The notes under the pieces were generated by a model that saw nothing but the letters and a program-made list of their open reading frames with translations, was not told the origin of the DNA and searched no databases. Made by a program: the position numbers and the translations under genes. A stretch of 64,000 nt of DNA from positions 4,704,001-4,768,000 of the forward strand of contig OZ245842.1 in NCBI GenBank assembly GCA_965228895.1. Reading direction: 5' to 3'. Numbering within the stretch: position 1 is the stretch's first letter; each line of letters opens with the position of its first letter. Below are positions 39,032-48,092 of the stretch, piece after piece. This DNA comes from Alphaproteobacteria bacterium. Lineage in GTDB: Bacteria; Pseudomonadota; Alphaproteobacteria; SP197.

Positions 39032-39741
39032 CGGCACTCAGATCGGCCCTGTTCAACGGCTTGATGATCGGCTCGATGATCATCGCCGGCATTCTGTGCC
39101 TGCCGATCCTGGTGATCAGCCGAAAGGCGGCACGTTGGATCACGTTGACCTGGTGCCGCTGGATGTTCTGGCTGCTTCGTCATGTCGTCGGCCTGTCCGT
39201 CGAAGTCACGGGCACCGAGCATATCGTCGACGGCCCGGCGATTTACGCCGCCAAGCACCAGTCGGCCCTGGAGACATTCAAGCTGCCGCTGGTTCTGCCC
39301 CAGGCCGACATCGTTCTGAAGCGTGAACTCCTCATGATCCCGGTCGTCGGCTGGTTCATGGCGTCGGTCGGCACCGTGCCAGTCGACCGGGGCGCTGGTG
39401 CGCGCGCCTTGCGCGCCATGTTGAAACGCGCGCGCGCATCGGTCGCCGGCGGCCGTTCGCTGCTGATCTTTCCCGAAGGTACGCGCACCGCGCCGGACAC
39501 ACGCCGGCCGTTCCATCCAGGCGTTGCCGCGCTCTATGGCGACCTCGGCTTGCCGGTCGTGCCGATTGCCTTGAACACCGGCCTCTTTTGGAGTCGGCGT
39601 GCGTTCCGGAAACGACCGGGTGTCGCCCGCATCACGTTTCTGCCGCCGATCGTGCCGGGACTCGACAGGCGTAAATTCGTCGAAGCGTTGGAGCAGCGCA
39701 TACACGACACCAGCGAACAACTCACCGGTACCGCCTTGTAA
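39028..39741 (+). CDS. plsC: 1-acyl-sn-glycerol-3-phosphate acyltransferase family protein
   Basis: 'KHQSALE', 'LKREL', 'IFPEGTR'. Confidence 0.85.
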   Translation: MTALRSALFNGLMIGSMIIAGILCLPILVISRKAARWITLTWCRWMFWLLRHVVGLSVEVTGTEHIVDGPAIYAAKHQSALETFKLPLVLPQADIVLKRELLMIPVVGWFMASVGTVPVDRGAGARALRAMLKRARASVAGGRSLLIFPEGTRTAPDTRRPFHPGVAALYGDLGLPVVPIALNTGLFWSRRAFRKRPGVARITFLPPIVPGLDRRKFVEALEQRIHDTSEQLTGTAL

Positions 39742-39750
39742 TTTTGGGTA

Positions 39751-39830
39751 TGCCTACAATTTGTGACACCAAATCAAGAGGTTAAGCCGTGCGCGACTCG
39801 GGATGAAGCAGTGGAAACAAATATAGAACA
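39751..39830. promoter_or_regulatory. Candidate NrdR and/or alpha-type LexA boxes upstream of nrdJ
   Basis: TGCCTACAATTTGTGA (39751-39766) resembles the NrdR consensus; AAAC-AAATATA-GAAC (39815-39829) is one mismatch from GAAC-N7-GAAC. Confidence 0.4.
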
Positions 39831-39916
39831 CTGGCATGCTTTTCCAGCTTGGCGTATGCTATGTGGTCCCCGCAATGACCAACCGACCGTGACCAACCGA
39901 TAGAAACGAGACGTTG

Positions 39917-42900
39917 ATGAGCCTCTCGCCTACGCCGATCGCTCTGCAGATCTGGGACATGAAATACCGCCTGAAGGCAGCCGATGGATCGGCCGTCGAC
40001 GGCAGCGTTGAAGACAGCTGGCGCCGGGTCGCCGCCGCCCTCGCCGAGGTCGAGCCGGAGGGCGAGCGCCAGCAACGCGCCGATGATTTCTATGAGGCGA
40101 TGTCCGGCTTCAAGTATCTGCCCGCCGGGCGCATCCTGGCCGGCGCCGGGACGGATCGGAACGTCACGCTCTTCAACTGCTTTGTCATGGGCACGATCCC
40201 CGACGACATGGGTGGCATCTTCGATCATCTGAAAGAAGCCGCGCTGACCATGCAGGCCGGCGGCGGCATCGGTTATGACTTCTCGACGCTCAGGCCCAAA
40301 GGTGCGCCGGTCAAAGGCGTCGGCGCCGATGCCTCCGGCCCGCTGACCTTCATGGACGTGTGGGACGCCATGTGCCGGACCATCATGAGCGCGGGCCACC
40401 GGCGCGGCGCGATGATGGCGACCATGCGCTGCGATCATCCCGATATCGAAGCCTTTATCGATGCCAAGCGCGATCCCGGCCGGCTGCGCATGTTCAACCT
40501 GTCGGTGCTGGTCACCGATGACTTCATGGCCGCGGTGAAGGCCAATGACGCCTGGGAGCTGACGTTTGACGGCGTCGTCTTCAAGACGCTGTCGGCACGC
40601 GAGCTGTGGGACAAGATCATGCACGCGACCTATGCCTATGCCGAGCCGGGCGTGATCTTCATCGACCGCATCAACCGCCGCAACAACCTGCACTACGCCG
40701 AGACGATCAGCGCGACGAACCCATGTGTCACGGCGGAAACCTGGGTGCAGACGGCGGACGGCCCGCGCCAGGTTCAGGACCTGATAGGCCGGCCCTTCCG
40801 CGCCCTCGTCAATGGCGAAGCATGGCCAAGCGGCGACGCCGGCTTTTTCGTAACGGGCCACAAGCGTGTGCATCGGCTCAGAACGAAGGAAGGATTTACG
40901 CTCGATCTGACGGCGGACCACCCGGTCGCCCGGGTGACCGAGCGGACGCGTTACCGCACCGAATGGGCGTGGACGCAGGCGACGGCGCTGGAGGTCGGCG
41001 ACGAGGTCGTGCTTAACGATCACCACTCGGCGGCAGGCTGGGAAGGCACCGGTTACTCCAAGCATGAGGGGTATCTAATCGGCCTCCTTCTGGGTGACGG
41101 CACCTTGAAGGAGGACAAGGCCGTGTTATCCGCATGGCCGGGCGCGATGGTCGCCAATGGCGGTATGGAGCGTCCGGGTGTCGTCGCGATCATGGCCGCC
41201 GCCGAGGAAGCAGCCCGCACATTGCCCCATCGCGCGGACTTCCAGGGCTGGATCGATGTTCCCGGCCGCGGCGAGATGCGGCTTGCTCTCGGCGCTTTGA
41301 AGACGCTTGCACGCGAACTCGGTATGGCGCCAGGCAACAAAGGGGTTACGCCCGCCATAGAACAGGCCTCGTCCGAGTTCGCTGCGGGATTTCTGCGGGG
41401 ATTGTTCGACGCCGATGGCAGCGTGCAGGGCACGCAATCGAAGGGTGTCAGCATCCGACTGGCGCAGAGCAGCATGGATGTTCTCGCCGCAGTACAGCGC
41501 ATGCTGATTCGGTTGGGCATCGTCTCGACCATCTACCGGGAACGGCGGCCAGCAGGCCCGCGTCCGCTGCCGGACGGACACGGGGGCGCTAAGCTCTACG
41601 ACGTCGCCGCCCAGCACGAACTGGTGATCTCCGGCGAAAACATGACGCGTTTCGCTGAGATCATTGGTTTTTCTGATTCCGACAAGGCCGGGCGTCTCGC
41701 TTTCTTGACCGCGAACTATCGGCGCAGACTGAACCGCGAGCGCTTTGTCGCGACCATTGCCTCGCTAGATGAGCTTGGCGAAGAGACCGTCTTCGACGTC
41801 CAGGTTCCCGGCATCAATGCGTTCGATGCCAACGGTCTCGTTGTTCACAATTGCGGTGAACAGCCGCTGCCGCCTTATGGCGCCTGCCTGCTGGGCTCGG
41901 TCAATCTGGCGCGGCTGATCCAAAACCCGTTCGACGACGACGCCGCGCTCGACGAAGAGGCGCTCGACCGCACGGTGACGACAGCCGTGCGCATGATGGA
42001 CAACGTGGTCGAGGTCTCGCGCTTTCCGCTTGAAGCGCAGCGTCAGGAGGCCGAAGCCAAGCGGCGCATCGGGCTTGGTGTCACCGGACTGGCCGATGCG
42101 CTGATCATGATGCAGGCACGTTACGGCAGCGATCGCGCGCTCGAACTGACCGAGGCCTGGATGGCGCGGCTGAGGCGCGCGGCCTATCTCGCCTCGGTCG
42201 AACTCGCCAAGGAGCGCGGCCCCTTCCCGCTTTATGAGCGCGACGCCTATATGGCGAGCGAGACGATTCAGGAGCTCGACGACGATGTGCGCGCGGCGAT
42301 CGCCGAACACGGCATCCGCAACGCACTTGTTACGTCGATCGCGCCGACCGGCACCATCTCGCTCTTTGCCGACAATGTCTCGTCGGGCCTGGAGCCGGTC
42401 TTTGCCTTCAGCTATCAGCGCAACGTCCTGATGCCCGACGGCAGCCGAAAGACCGAGGAGGTCTCCGACTATGCGGTCCGTCTTTATCGGCGCCTCAAGG
42501 GCAATGGCGGTCCGCTGCCCGACTACTTCGTCGACGCCCAGACGCTCTCGCCCAGCGATCACGTGCGCATGCAGGCGGCGGTCCAGAAGTATGTCGACAG
42601 CTCGATCTCCAAGACCATCAACTGTCCTGAGGACATGTCCTTCGACGACTTCAAGGACATTTATCTCCAGGCCTATGAGACCGGTTGCAAGGGCTGCACC
42701 ACCTACCGGCCCAACGAGGTGACCGGCGCTGTTCTCGAGCTGAAACAGGACCCGCCGGACGAACCGCGCCTGCCGTTCGAGGAGCCGTCAAGCGACAAAC
42801 CCGCCGACGCCTTTGAAGCCGGCGGCGTCGTTTACATGACGCGCCCGCTCGACCGGCCGGAGGTTCTGCCGGGCCAGACCTATAAGCTGCGCTGGCCGGA

Positions 42901-43357
42901 ATCCGATCACGCCATCTATCTCACCGTGAACGATGTGGTGCGCGACGGCAGACGGCGGCCGTTCGAGATCTTCATCAATTCGAAGAACATGGACCACTAC
43001 GCCTGGACGCTCGGCCTGACGCGCATGATCAGCGCGGTCTTCCGGCGCGGCGGCGATGTTAGTTTCGTGGTCGAGGAACTGAAAGCCGTGTTCGACCCGC
43101 GCGGCGGCCAATGGGTCGACGGCCATTATGTGCCTTCGCTTCTGGCGGCCATTGGCGAGGTCATCGAGAAACACATGATCAACATCGGCTTCCTGCACGT
43201 CGAATCCGATGACTCGAACATCGAGATCCTGGCGCGCGCCGCCGGCGAGCACGGCGGCCGGTCACCGGAACTGTGTCCGCGCTGTAGCCAGCCTAGTCTA
43301 ATTCATCAGGAAGGCTGCAACCTCTGCACCTCCTGCGGTTTCTCGAAGTGCGCGTGA
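39917..43357 (+). CDS. nrdJ: Adenosylcobalamin-dependent (class II) ribonucleotide reductase with intein and C-terminal TSCPD/zinc-ribbon domain
   Basis: 'PAGRILAGAG…TLFNCFV', 'RRGAMM', TNP…CGEQPL, 'SIAPTGTIS', C-terminal CxxC…CxxC…SKC. Confidence 0.95.
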   Translation: MSLSPTPIALQIWDMKYRLKAADGSAVDGSVEDSWRRVAAALAEVEPEGERQQRADDFYEAMSGFKYLPAGRILAGAGTDRNVTLFNCFVMGTIPDDMGGIFDHLKEAALTMQAGGGIGYDFSTLRPKGAPVKGVGADASGPLTFMDVWDAMCRTIMSAGHRRGAMMATMRCDHPDIEAFIDAKRDPGRLRMFNLSVLVTDDFMAAVKANDAWELTFDGVVFKTLSARELWDKIMHATYAYAEPGVIFIDRINRRNNLHYAETISATNPCVTAETWVQTADGPRQVQDLIGRPFRALVNGEAWPSGDAGFFVTGHKRVHRLRTKEGFTLDLTADHPVARVTERTRYRTEWAWTQATALEVGDEVVLNDHHSAAGWEGTGYSKHEGYLIGLLLGDGTLKEDKAVLSAWPGAMVANGGMERPGVVAIMAAAEEAARTLPHRADFQGWIDVPGRGEMRLALGALKTLARELGMAPGNKGVTPAIEQASSEFAAGFLRGLFDADGSVQGTQSKGVSIRLAQSSMDVLAAVQRMLIRLGIVSTIYRERRPAGPRPLPDGHGGAKLYDVAAQHELVISGENMTRFAEIIGFSDSDKAGRLAFLTANYRRRLNRERFVATIASLDELGEETVFDVQVPGINAFDANGLVVHNCGEQPLPPYGACLLGSVNLARLIQNPFDDDAALDEEALDRTVTTAVRMMDNVVEVSRFPLEAQRQEAEAKRRIGLGVTGLADALIMMQARYGSDRALELTEAWMARLRRAAYLASVELAKERGPFPLYERDAYMASETIQELDDDVRAAIAEHGIRNALVTSIAPTGTISLFADNVSSGLEPVFAFSYQRNVLMPDGSRKTEEVSDYAVRLYRRLKGNGGPLPDYFVDAQTLSPSDHVRMQAAVQKYVDSSISKTINCPEDMSFDDFKDIYLQAYETGCKGCTTYRPNEVTGAVLELKQDPPDEPRLPFEEPSSDKPADAFEAGGVVYMTRPLDRPEVLPGQTYKLRWPESDHAIYLTVNDVVRDGRRRPFEIFINSKNMDHYAWTLGLTRMISAVFRRGGDVSFVVEELKAVFDPRGGQWVDGHYVPSLLAAIGEVIEKHMINIGFLHVESDDSNIEILARAAGEHGGRSPELCPRCSQPSLIHQEGCNLCTSCGFSKCA
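40724..41851 (+). mobile_element. Intein (376 aa) with LAGLIDADG homing endonuclease
   Basis: Starts CVTAETWV, block B 'LTADHPV', LAGLIDADG motifs 'LIGLLLGDG' and 'FLRGLFDADG', block F 'VFDVQV', ends 'VVHN' before Cys. Removal restores TNP-CGEQPL. Confidence 0.95.
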
Positions 43358-43369
43358 GCGCCTAAGACA

Positions 43370-43705
43370 ATGTGGATCATGGTCGCCGGCCCCTACCGCT
43401 CCGGCGCGAAGGACGACACGGCTCGCGCCGCCAATCTCGAAGCGATGAACCGGGCAGCGCTGAATGTTTGGCGGCTCGGGCACGTGCCCGTGATTGGCGT
43501 CAACATGGCGCTACCGATGATCGAAGCAGCGGACGATGACTGCTACGACGACGTCATGACCCCGGTCTCCCTGGCGCTCGCTGAGCGCTGCGACGCGATC
43601 TTAAGGATTGGCGGCCCGTCAGGCGGCGCCGACAAGGAGGTCGACGTCATCCGCGCCATGGGCGGCCAAGTGTTTACCGATATCGCGGACGTGCCTAAGG
43701 CCTGA
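43370..43705 (+). CDS. DUF4406-like / nucleoside 2-deoxyribosyltransferase-fold protein
   Basis: 'IMVAGPYRS', 'CDAILRIGGPSGGADKE'; 12 nt after the nrdJ stop. Confidence 0.6.
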   Translation: MWIMVAGPYRSGAKDDTARAANLEAMNRAALNVWRLGHVPVIGVNMALPMIEAADDDCYDDVMTPVSLALAERCDAILRIGGPSGGADKEVDVIRAMGGQVFTDIADVPKA

Positions 43706-45088
43706 CTACGGCGTGGTCTCCGCGTAGAGGTCGCTTTCGACACCCAGGTAGCCATCCCAGGCGAACCAGTAGGCGATATGGCCGGGCACCCGCGCCAGGC
43801 GCGTGCCGTCTGGCCCGGTTAGCGCGTCTTCGCCGATCTGCCACACACCGTCCGATGCCGCGAGGTTTCCGGGGTCGTCGCTGGCGGTGAAGGTCCTGCC
43901 GTCTCTGTCATAGGCGCGCACGGTGCGTGTCGCGGCATCGCCGATCAAGACGACATCGCGCATGCCGACCGCGTCGTTGATGACCGCGCCGCCCTCGAAG
44001 GCTTTGATCGGCCAGGCCTTTGACGCCGCGACATTGCGGATGCCGAACACATAGTCTTTTTGACGCAGGTCTTCTTCGTCGACGAGCGCCGGGAACATCA
44101 GGTCCGGACTGGCGAAGTAGTCACTGTAAACGACACCGGAGCGATAATCGCGCAGGTGCCCGGTCTCAAGTGACAACACGCGGGTCTCGGGATTTTGTGT
44201 CTGCCAGTCCTGCCACGACGTGATGGTGACCGGGCGGATCTTGAGTTCGATACCACTGTCCAGCAACGGCCCGCTGACCGGTTTGCCGGTGAACTGGTTC
44301 CACAAGCTGTCGGTCTGGCGATCAAACATCAGCTTGTTGGACCGATAGAGAAATCCGGACGAACCGAACACGAAAGTTTCGTCATACCCTTCGACATCGG
44401 TTTCGAACAGGATGCCTGCGCCGCACAGGGTGCAATAGGCGAGCGCCACCGGCACACCGCCGATGACGTCGTTGAACATCTCGTGCCAGCCCATGATGCG
44501 CAGCGGATAGGCGCGGGCATCACCGTTGATCTCGACACCGAACACCAGGTCGTCGTCCTTGAGGTAGTCCGCTTCATCGGCCGCGATCAGGTCGGGGTTG
44601 TCGAGCGAGGGAATACCGTCGACGCGCACACCGCCCCAGGTGATCTCCTCGAACCGGATTGCCATGTTCTCCGGCAGCGAACGTTCGCCGCCGAGAAAAC
44701 GCAGGAAGGCGGGGTCGATGCTCTCGAAAACCTGAAGCTTGATGTCGCGGAAACTGGGATGGGGTTCGACCTCCGGGTGGGCCTGTTGCCACAGCATGGC
44801 ATCGAACCAGCCGTCGACCTCAGCGCCGGTCAGTGCCTCGAAGGCCGCGGGCAGGGTGGGATCGTCGCGCCAGAAACGCATGGCCAAGATCAGAACGGCC
44901 GCGGCATCGGGCTCGCCATGCTCAACGATGCGCTGCACGGCGAGCATACGGACCGGTGGCGGGCCGAAGATGAGGTCGTGACTGGCGCGATCGAGACCTT
45001 GGCCATCGGGCGCGGCCCTGGCCTGCCCGACACCGGCAACCAAACAAACGAGCGCGAGACCGCACAGCACACGGGCCGGTCTTCTCAT
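43706..45088 (-). CDS. Exported DUF3179-family protein
   Basis: Signal peptide, 'GGVRVDGIPSL', 'RAYPLRIMGWHE', YCTLC, 'SGFLYRSN', 'YWFAW'. Confidence 0.85.
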   Translation of the reverse strand: MRRPARVLCGLALVCLVAGVGQARAAPDGQGLDRASHDLIFGPPPVRMLAVQRIVEHGEPDAAAVLILAMRFWRDDPTLPAAFEALTGAEVDGWFDAMLWQQAHPEVEPHPSFRDIKLQVFESIDPAFLRFLGGERSLPENMAIRFEEITWGGVRVDGIPSLDNPDLIAADEADYLKDDDLVFGVEINGDARAYPLRIMGWHEMFNDVIGGVPVALAYCTLCGAGILFETDVEGYDETFVFGSSGFLYRSNKLMFDRQTDSLWNQFTGKPVSGPLLDSGIELKIRPVTITSWQDWQTQNPETRVLSLETGHLRDYRSGVVYSDYFASPDLMFPALVDEEDLRQKDYVFGIRNVAASKAWPIKAFEGGAVINDAVGMRDVVLIGDAATRTVRAYDRDGRTFTASDDPGNLAASDGVWQIGEDALTGPDGTRLARVPGHIAYWFAWDGYLGVESDLYAETTP

Positions 45089-45098
45089 ACGGCAACTC

Positions 45099-45161
45099 CT
45101 AGAGCGGATCATGGTTAAGTGGAACCGTCTGTCGGTTCCACCAAATCAGGATCTGCTCTAG
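45099..45161. repeat. Single-hairpin derivative of repeat family A
   Basis: CTAGAGCGGATC…GGAACCG-TCTGT-CGGTTCC…GATCTGCTCTAG; both outer ends of the family with only one inner stem. Confidence 0.75.
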
Positions 45162-45245
45162 ACGCGATCCCACGGCAGAAGATGGCATGTCAGCGCCGCC
45201 GTTCCACCCCGTCTCACCGTGATGTGTTGCAGTGTGTAGGACGCG

Positions 45246-45938
45246 TCAGGCCGTGCGCCGGCCCTTCTTCTTCGGCTGTGCGGGACGCAGCAGCTTGAAC
45301 ACCGCCTGTTCGGCAAAGAGATTGGCCTGGCCGACCTGATCGCCGCGAATCAAGGTGACGTCCCGGTCTTTGGAAAGGCCGTAGCCGAGCTCAATTGTAA
45401 TGCCGAGGATCTTGGTCAGATCGACGAAGTCCCGGACCGTGCACGGATGGATGTTCTGCGTTTCGAACCAGGGGGTGGCAAGCGCGCGCGTGTGCGGCAT
45501 GCGCCCGCGCGACAGCACCGACATCCGCGCCTGCCACTGGCCGTAGTTCAGGAACGAAACGATAGCCGTGTCGGCGATCCGGAGCATCTGCAGCAAGACC
45601 TCGCGCGGTTTGCGCACCGCTTGCAAGGTCTGGCTCAAGATGACGTAGTCGAAGCTGTCATCGGGGTAATCGACCAGATGCCGGTCGGCATCGCCCTGCA
45701 CGGCCGACAGGCCGCGCGCGACGCAGGCGTTGACGCCCTTCTGCGAAATCTCCATGCCGCGCCCGTCGCAGCCCTTCTGGTTGACCAGATAGTCGAGCAA
45801 GGCGCCATCGCCGCAGCCGACGTCCATAAGCCGCGTCTCCGGTTCGATCATGCTGGCGACCAGCGCCAGGTCGGGCCTCAGACCAAACTCGTTATCGCCC
45901 AGGGTGAAACGGGACTTGGCGCCAACGAGTAGGCTCAT
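45246..45938 (-). CDS. metW: Methionine biosynthesis protein MetW
   Basis: 'LRPDL', DVGCGDG, '[10 protein letters not shown]', 'NIHPCT'; overlaps the metX stop. Confidence 0.92.
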   Translation of the reverse strand: MSLLVGAKSRFTLGDNEFGLRPDLALVASMIEPETRLMDVGCGDGALLDYLVNQKGCDGRGMEISQKGVNACVARGLSAVQGDADRHLVDYPDDSFDYVILSQTLQAVRKPREVLLQMLRIADTAIVSFLNYGQWQARMSVLSRGRMPHTRALATPWFETQNIHPCTVRDFVDLTKILGITIELGYGLSKDRDVTLIRGDQVGQANLFAEQAVFKLLRPAQPKKKGRRTA

Positions 45939-47107
45939 GACTCGCCGTCCCGGGGGCAATGCCGCGCGACGCTGCCCAGGAATCCATCGACGATCTCGAA
46001 CAGCTCGGGCTCGTCGAGCAGAAAGGCGTCATGGCCGCGCTCGGATTCGATTTCGACGAAACTCACGTTCGCGGCGGCACGGTTCAGGGCGCGCACGACT
46101 TCTTTGCTTTCGCTGGTCGGAAACAGCCAGTCGCTGGTGAAGCTGACCAGAAGGAAACGCACATCGGTTTCGTGATAGGCGCGCGCGAGATCGCGGTCGA
46201 ACTCCGCCTCCAGGTCGAAGTAGTCCATGGCGCGGGTGATGTAGAGATAGGCGTTGGCGTCGAACCGATCGACGAAACTGGCGCCCTGGTAACGCAGATA
46301 ACTCTCGACCTGGAAATCCGCGTCGAAGCCGTAGGACTTCGAGGCGCGGTCCTGCAGGCTGCGGCCGAACTTGCTCCACAGCGCGGGTTCGGAGAGATAG
46401 GTGATGTGCGCGGCCATGCGCGCGACCGACAGGCCGGCCTCCGGGCGCTTGCCTTCGTTGTAATAGAAGCCGCGACACCAATCGGGATCGGCCATGATGG
46501 CTTGGCGCCCGACCTCGTGAAACGCGATGTTCTGGGCCGAATGGCGCGCGGCGCCGGCAATCGAGACGGCGCTCGCAATGCGATCGCCATGATAGGCCGC
46601 CCAGGCGAGCACCTGCATGGCGCCCATCGAACCGCCGATGACACACATCACACGGCTGATGCCAAGTTCCTCCAACAGCATGCGCTGGACCTCGACCATG
46701 TCGCGGATGGTGATGACCGGGAAGCTCAGCCCATAGAGTTCGCCGGTCTCGGGATCGATCGCGGCGGGGCCGGTGGTGCCCATGCAGCCGCCCAGGCAAT
46801 TCGGGCAGATGACGAAATAGCGGTCGGTGTCGATCGGTTTGCCGGGGCCGACCATCAGTTCCCACCAGCCGGACTTGCCGGTCACCGGATGACTGCCGAT
46901 GACAAACTGGTCGCCGGTCAAGGCATGGCAGATCAAGACGACGTTGGATTTGTCGGCGTTGAGTTCGCCCCAGGTCTGGTAGGCAACGGTCACCGGACCC
47001 AGCATGGCGCCCGATTCCAGACGAATCGGCGCCCCGTCGTTCAGCACGGCGCGCGGCCCGGGCAGGTCTTCCTGAAGCGTATGGACGGCGGCGACCGTCT
47101 GTTTCAT
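45935..47107 (-). CDS. metX: Homoserine O-acyltransferase
   Basis: 'CHALTGD', GGSMG, '[11 protein letters not shown]', 'GHDAFLL'. Confidence 0.95.
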   Translation of the reverse strand: MKQTVAAVHTLQEDLPGPRAVLNDGAPIRLESGAMLGPVTVAYQTWGELNADKSNVVLICHALTGDQFVIGSHPVTGKSGWWELMVGPGKPIDTDRYFVICPNCLGGCMGTTGPAAIDPETGELYGLSFPVITIRDMVEVQRMLLEELGISRVMCVIGGSMGAMQVLAWAAYHGDRIASAVSIAGAARHSAQNIAFHEVGRQAIMADPDWCRGFYYNEGKRPEAGLSVARMAAHITYLSEPALWSKFGRSLQDRASKSYGFDADFQVESYLRYQGASFVDRFDANAYLYITRAMDYFDLEAEFDRDLARAYHETDVRFLLVSFTSDWLFPTSESKEVVRALNRAAANVSFVEIESERGHDAFLLDEPELFEIVDGFLGSVARHCPRDGES

Positions 47108-47276
47108 GGGCGTTAGCCCCGCAATGGTTTCAGCCGATTGGCGCGTCAGTCTCGCTGGCGGCGGAGCAGCCGTTAGCTAGGCACCGCCCCCATCTATGTC
47201 AATGTTTTCTTTGATTTTCCAGAGAAGCCTACGCTATCAGTATCGGCTTCCCAGGGCAGCCGGACAACTGACGCCC

Positions 47277-48092
47277 ATGTGCGCCGCTGAAAAATCGCTG
47301 GCGGACCTGCGTCGCGAAATCGACGCGGTCGACGACCAGATGCATGATTTGATCATACGTCGCGCCGAGTTGACGCTTGGTGTCAAGGCGGCGAAGGCGC
47401 GCGCGAACAACCACGTCTATCTGCGACTGGGACGCGAAGCCCAGATCCTGCGCCGGCTGGCAGCGCGCCACAGCGGCAACTACCCGCTCGGCGCCCTCGT
47501 GCGTATCTGGCGCGAGGTGCTGTGCGCGCAGATCCCCGTCCAGGGCCCGTTCGAGATCGCGGTCGCGACAACCGGTGATATCGGTCTGTGGGATACAGCG
47601 CGCGACCATTTCGGCTCGAATACCGCCATGCATGGCTACGACACGAGCGAAGCCGCCCTGGACGCCGTCACCGATGGCAGCGCGACCCTTGCCGTTCTGC
47701 CTGAACCCACAGCCGATGCCGGCTGGTGGCCCCATTTGATGGCGGCAGCGGGACCGCTGATTCTGATGAAGCTGCCCTTCATTGCCATGGAGCGCCGCGA
47801 CGTGGTGCCGACGACAGCTTACGTCGTCGGTCTAGTGCCGTCGGAACCGAGCGATGACGATGTCACGGTCATCGTCTCTCGCGCCGCCGATGATCTGGGC
47901 CCGGCGCTCCACGGCCTCGACATGGAGCCGCATGTGTTGCGTTCCTGGCCCGGGCTCGCCGTGGCCGAGGTGGCGGGTTTCCTGACCGCCGATGACGACC
48001 GCGTGCGAGCCCTGCAACAAGCCTGCGCCGATGCGACCATTCTGGGCGCCTACCCCGTCCCCCTGACTCCGTTTGCCGGAGACGCCTCATGA
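47277..48092 (+). CDS. Chorismate mutase (alphaproteobacterial extended form)
   Basis: 'LADLRREIDAVD', 'REAQILRRL', 'RIWRE', 'ARDHFG', C-terminal 'LGAYPVP'; upstream of hisC. Confidence 0.82.
   Translation: MCAAEKSLADLRREIDAVDDQMHDLIIRRAELTLGVKAAKARANNHVYLRLGREAQILRRLAARHSGNYPLGALVRIWREVLCAQIPVQGPFEIAVATTGDIGLWDTARDHFGSNTAMHGYDTSEAALDAVTDGSATLAVLPEPTADAGWWPHLMAAAGPLILMKLPFIAMERRDVVPTTAYVVGLVPSEPSDDDVTVIVSRAADDLGPALHGLDMEPHVLRSWPGLAVAEVAGFLTADDDRVRALQQACADATILGAYPVPLTPFAGDAS

Noticed and set aside
43706-45088. DUF3179 selenoprotein
   Set aside because: The redox motif is plain CTLC, with no in-frame TGA.
47108-47276. SAM riboswitch upstream of metX
   Set aside because: Expected by context, but the SAM-II core elements (GATTT…TTGC…GCTAAA) are not present in the right order.
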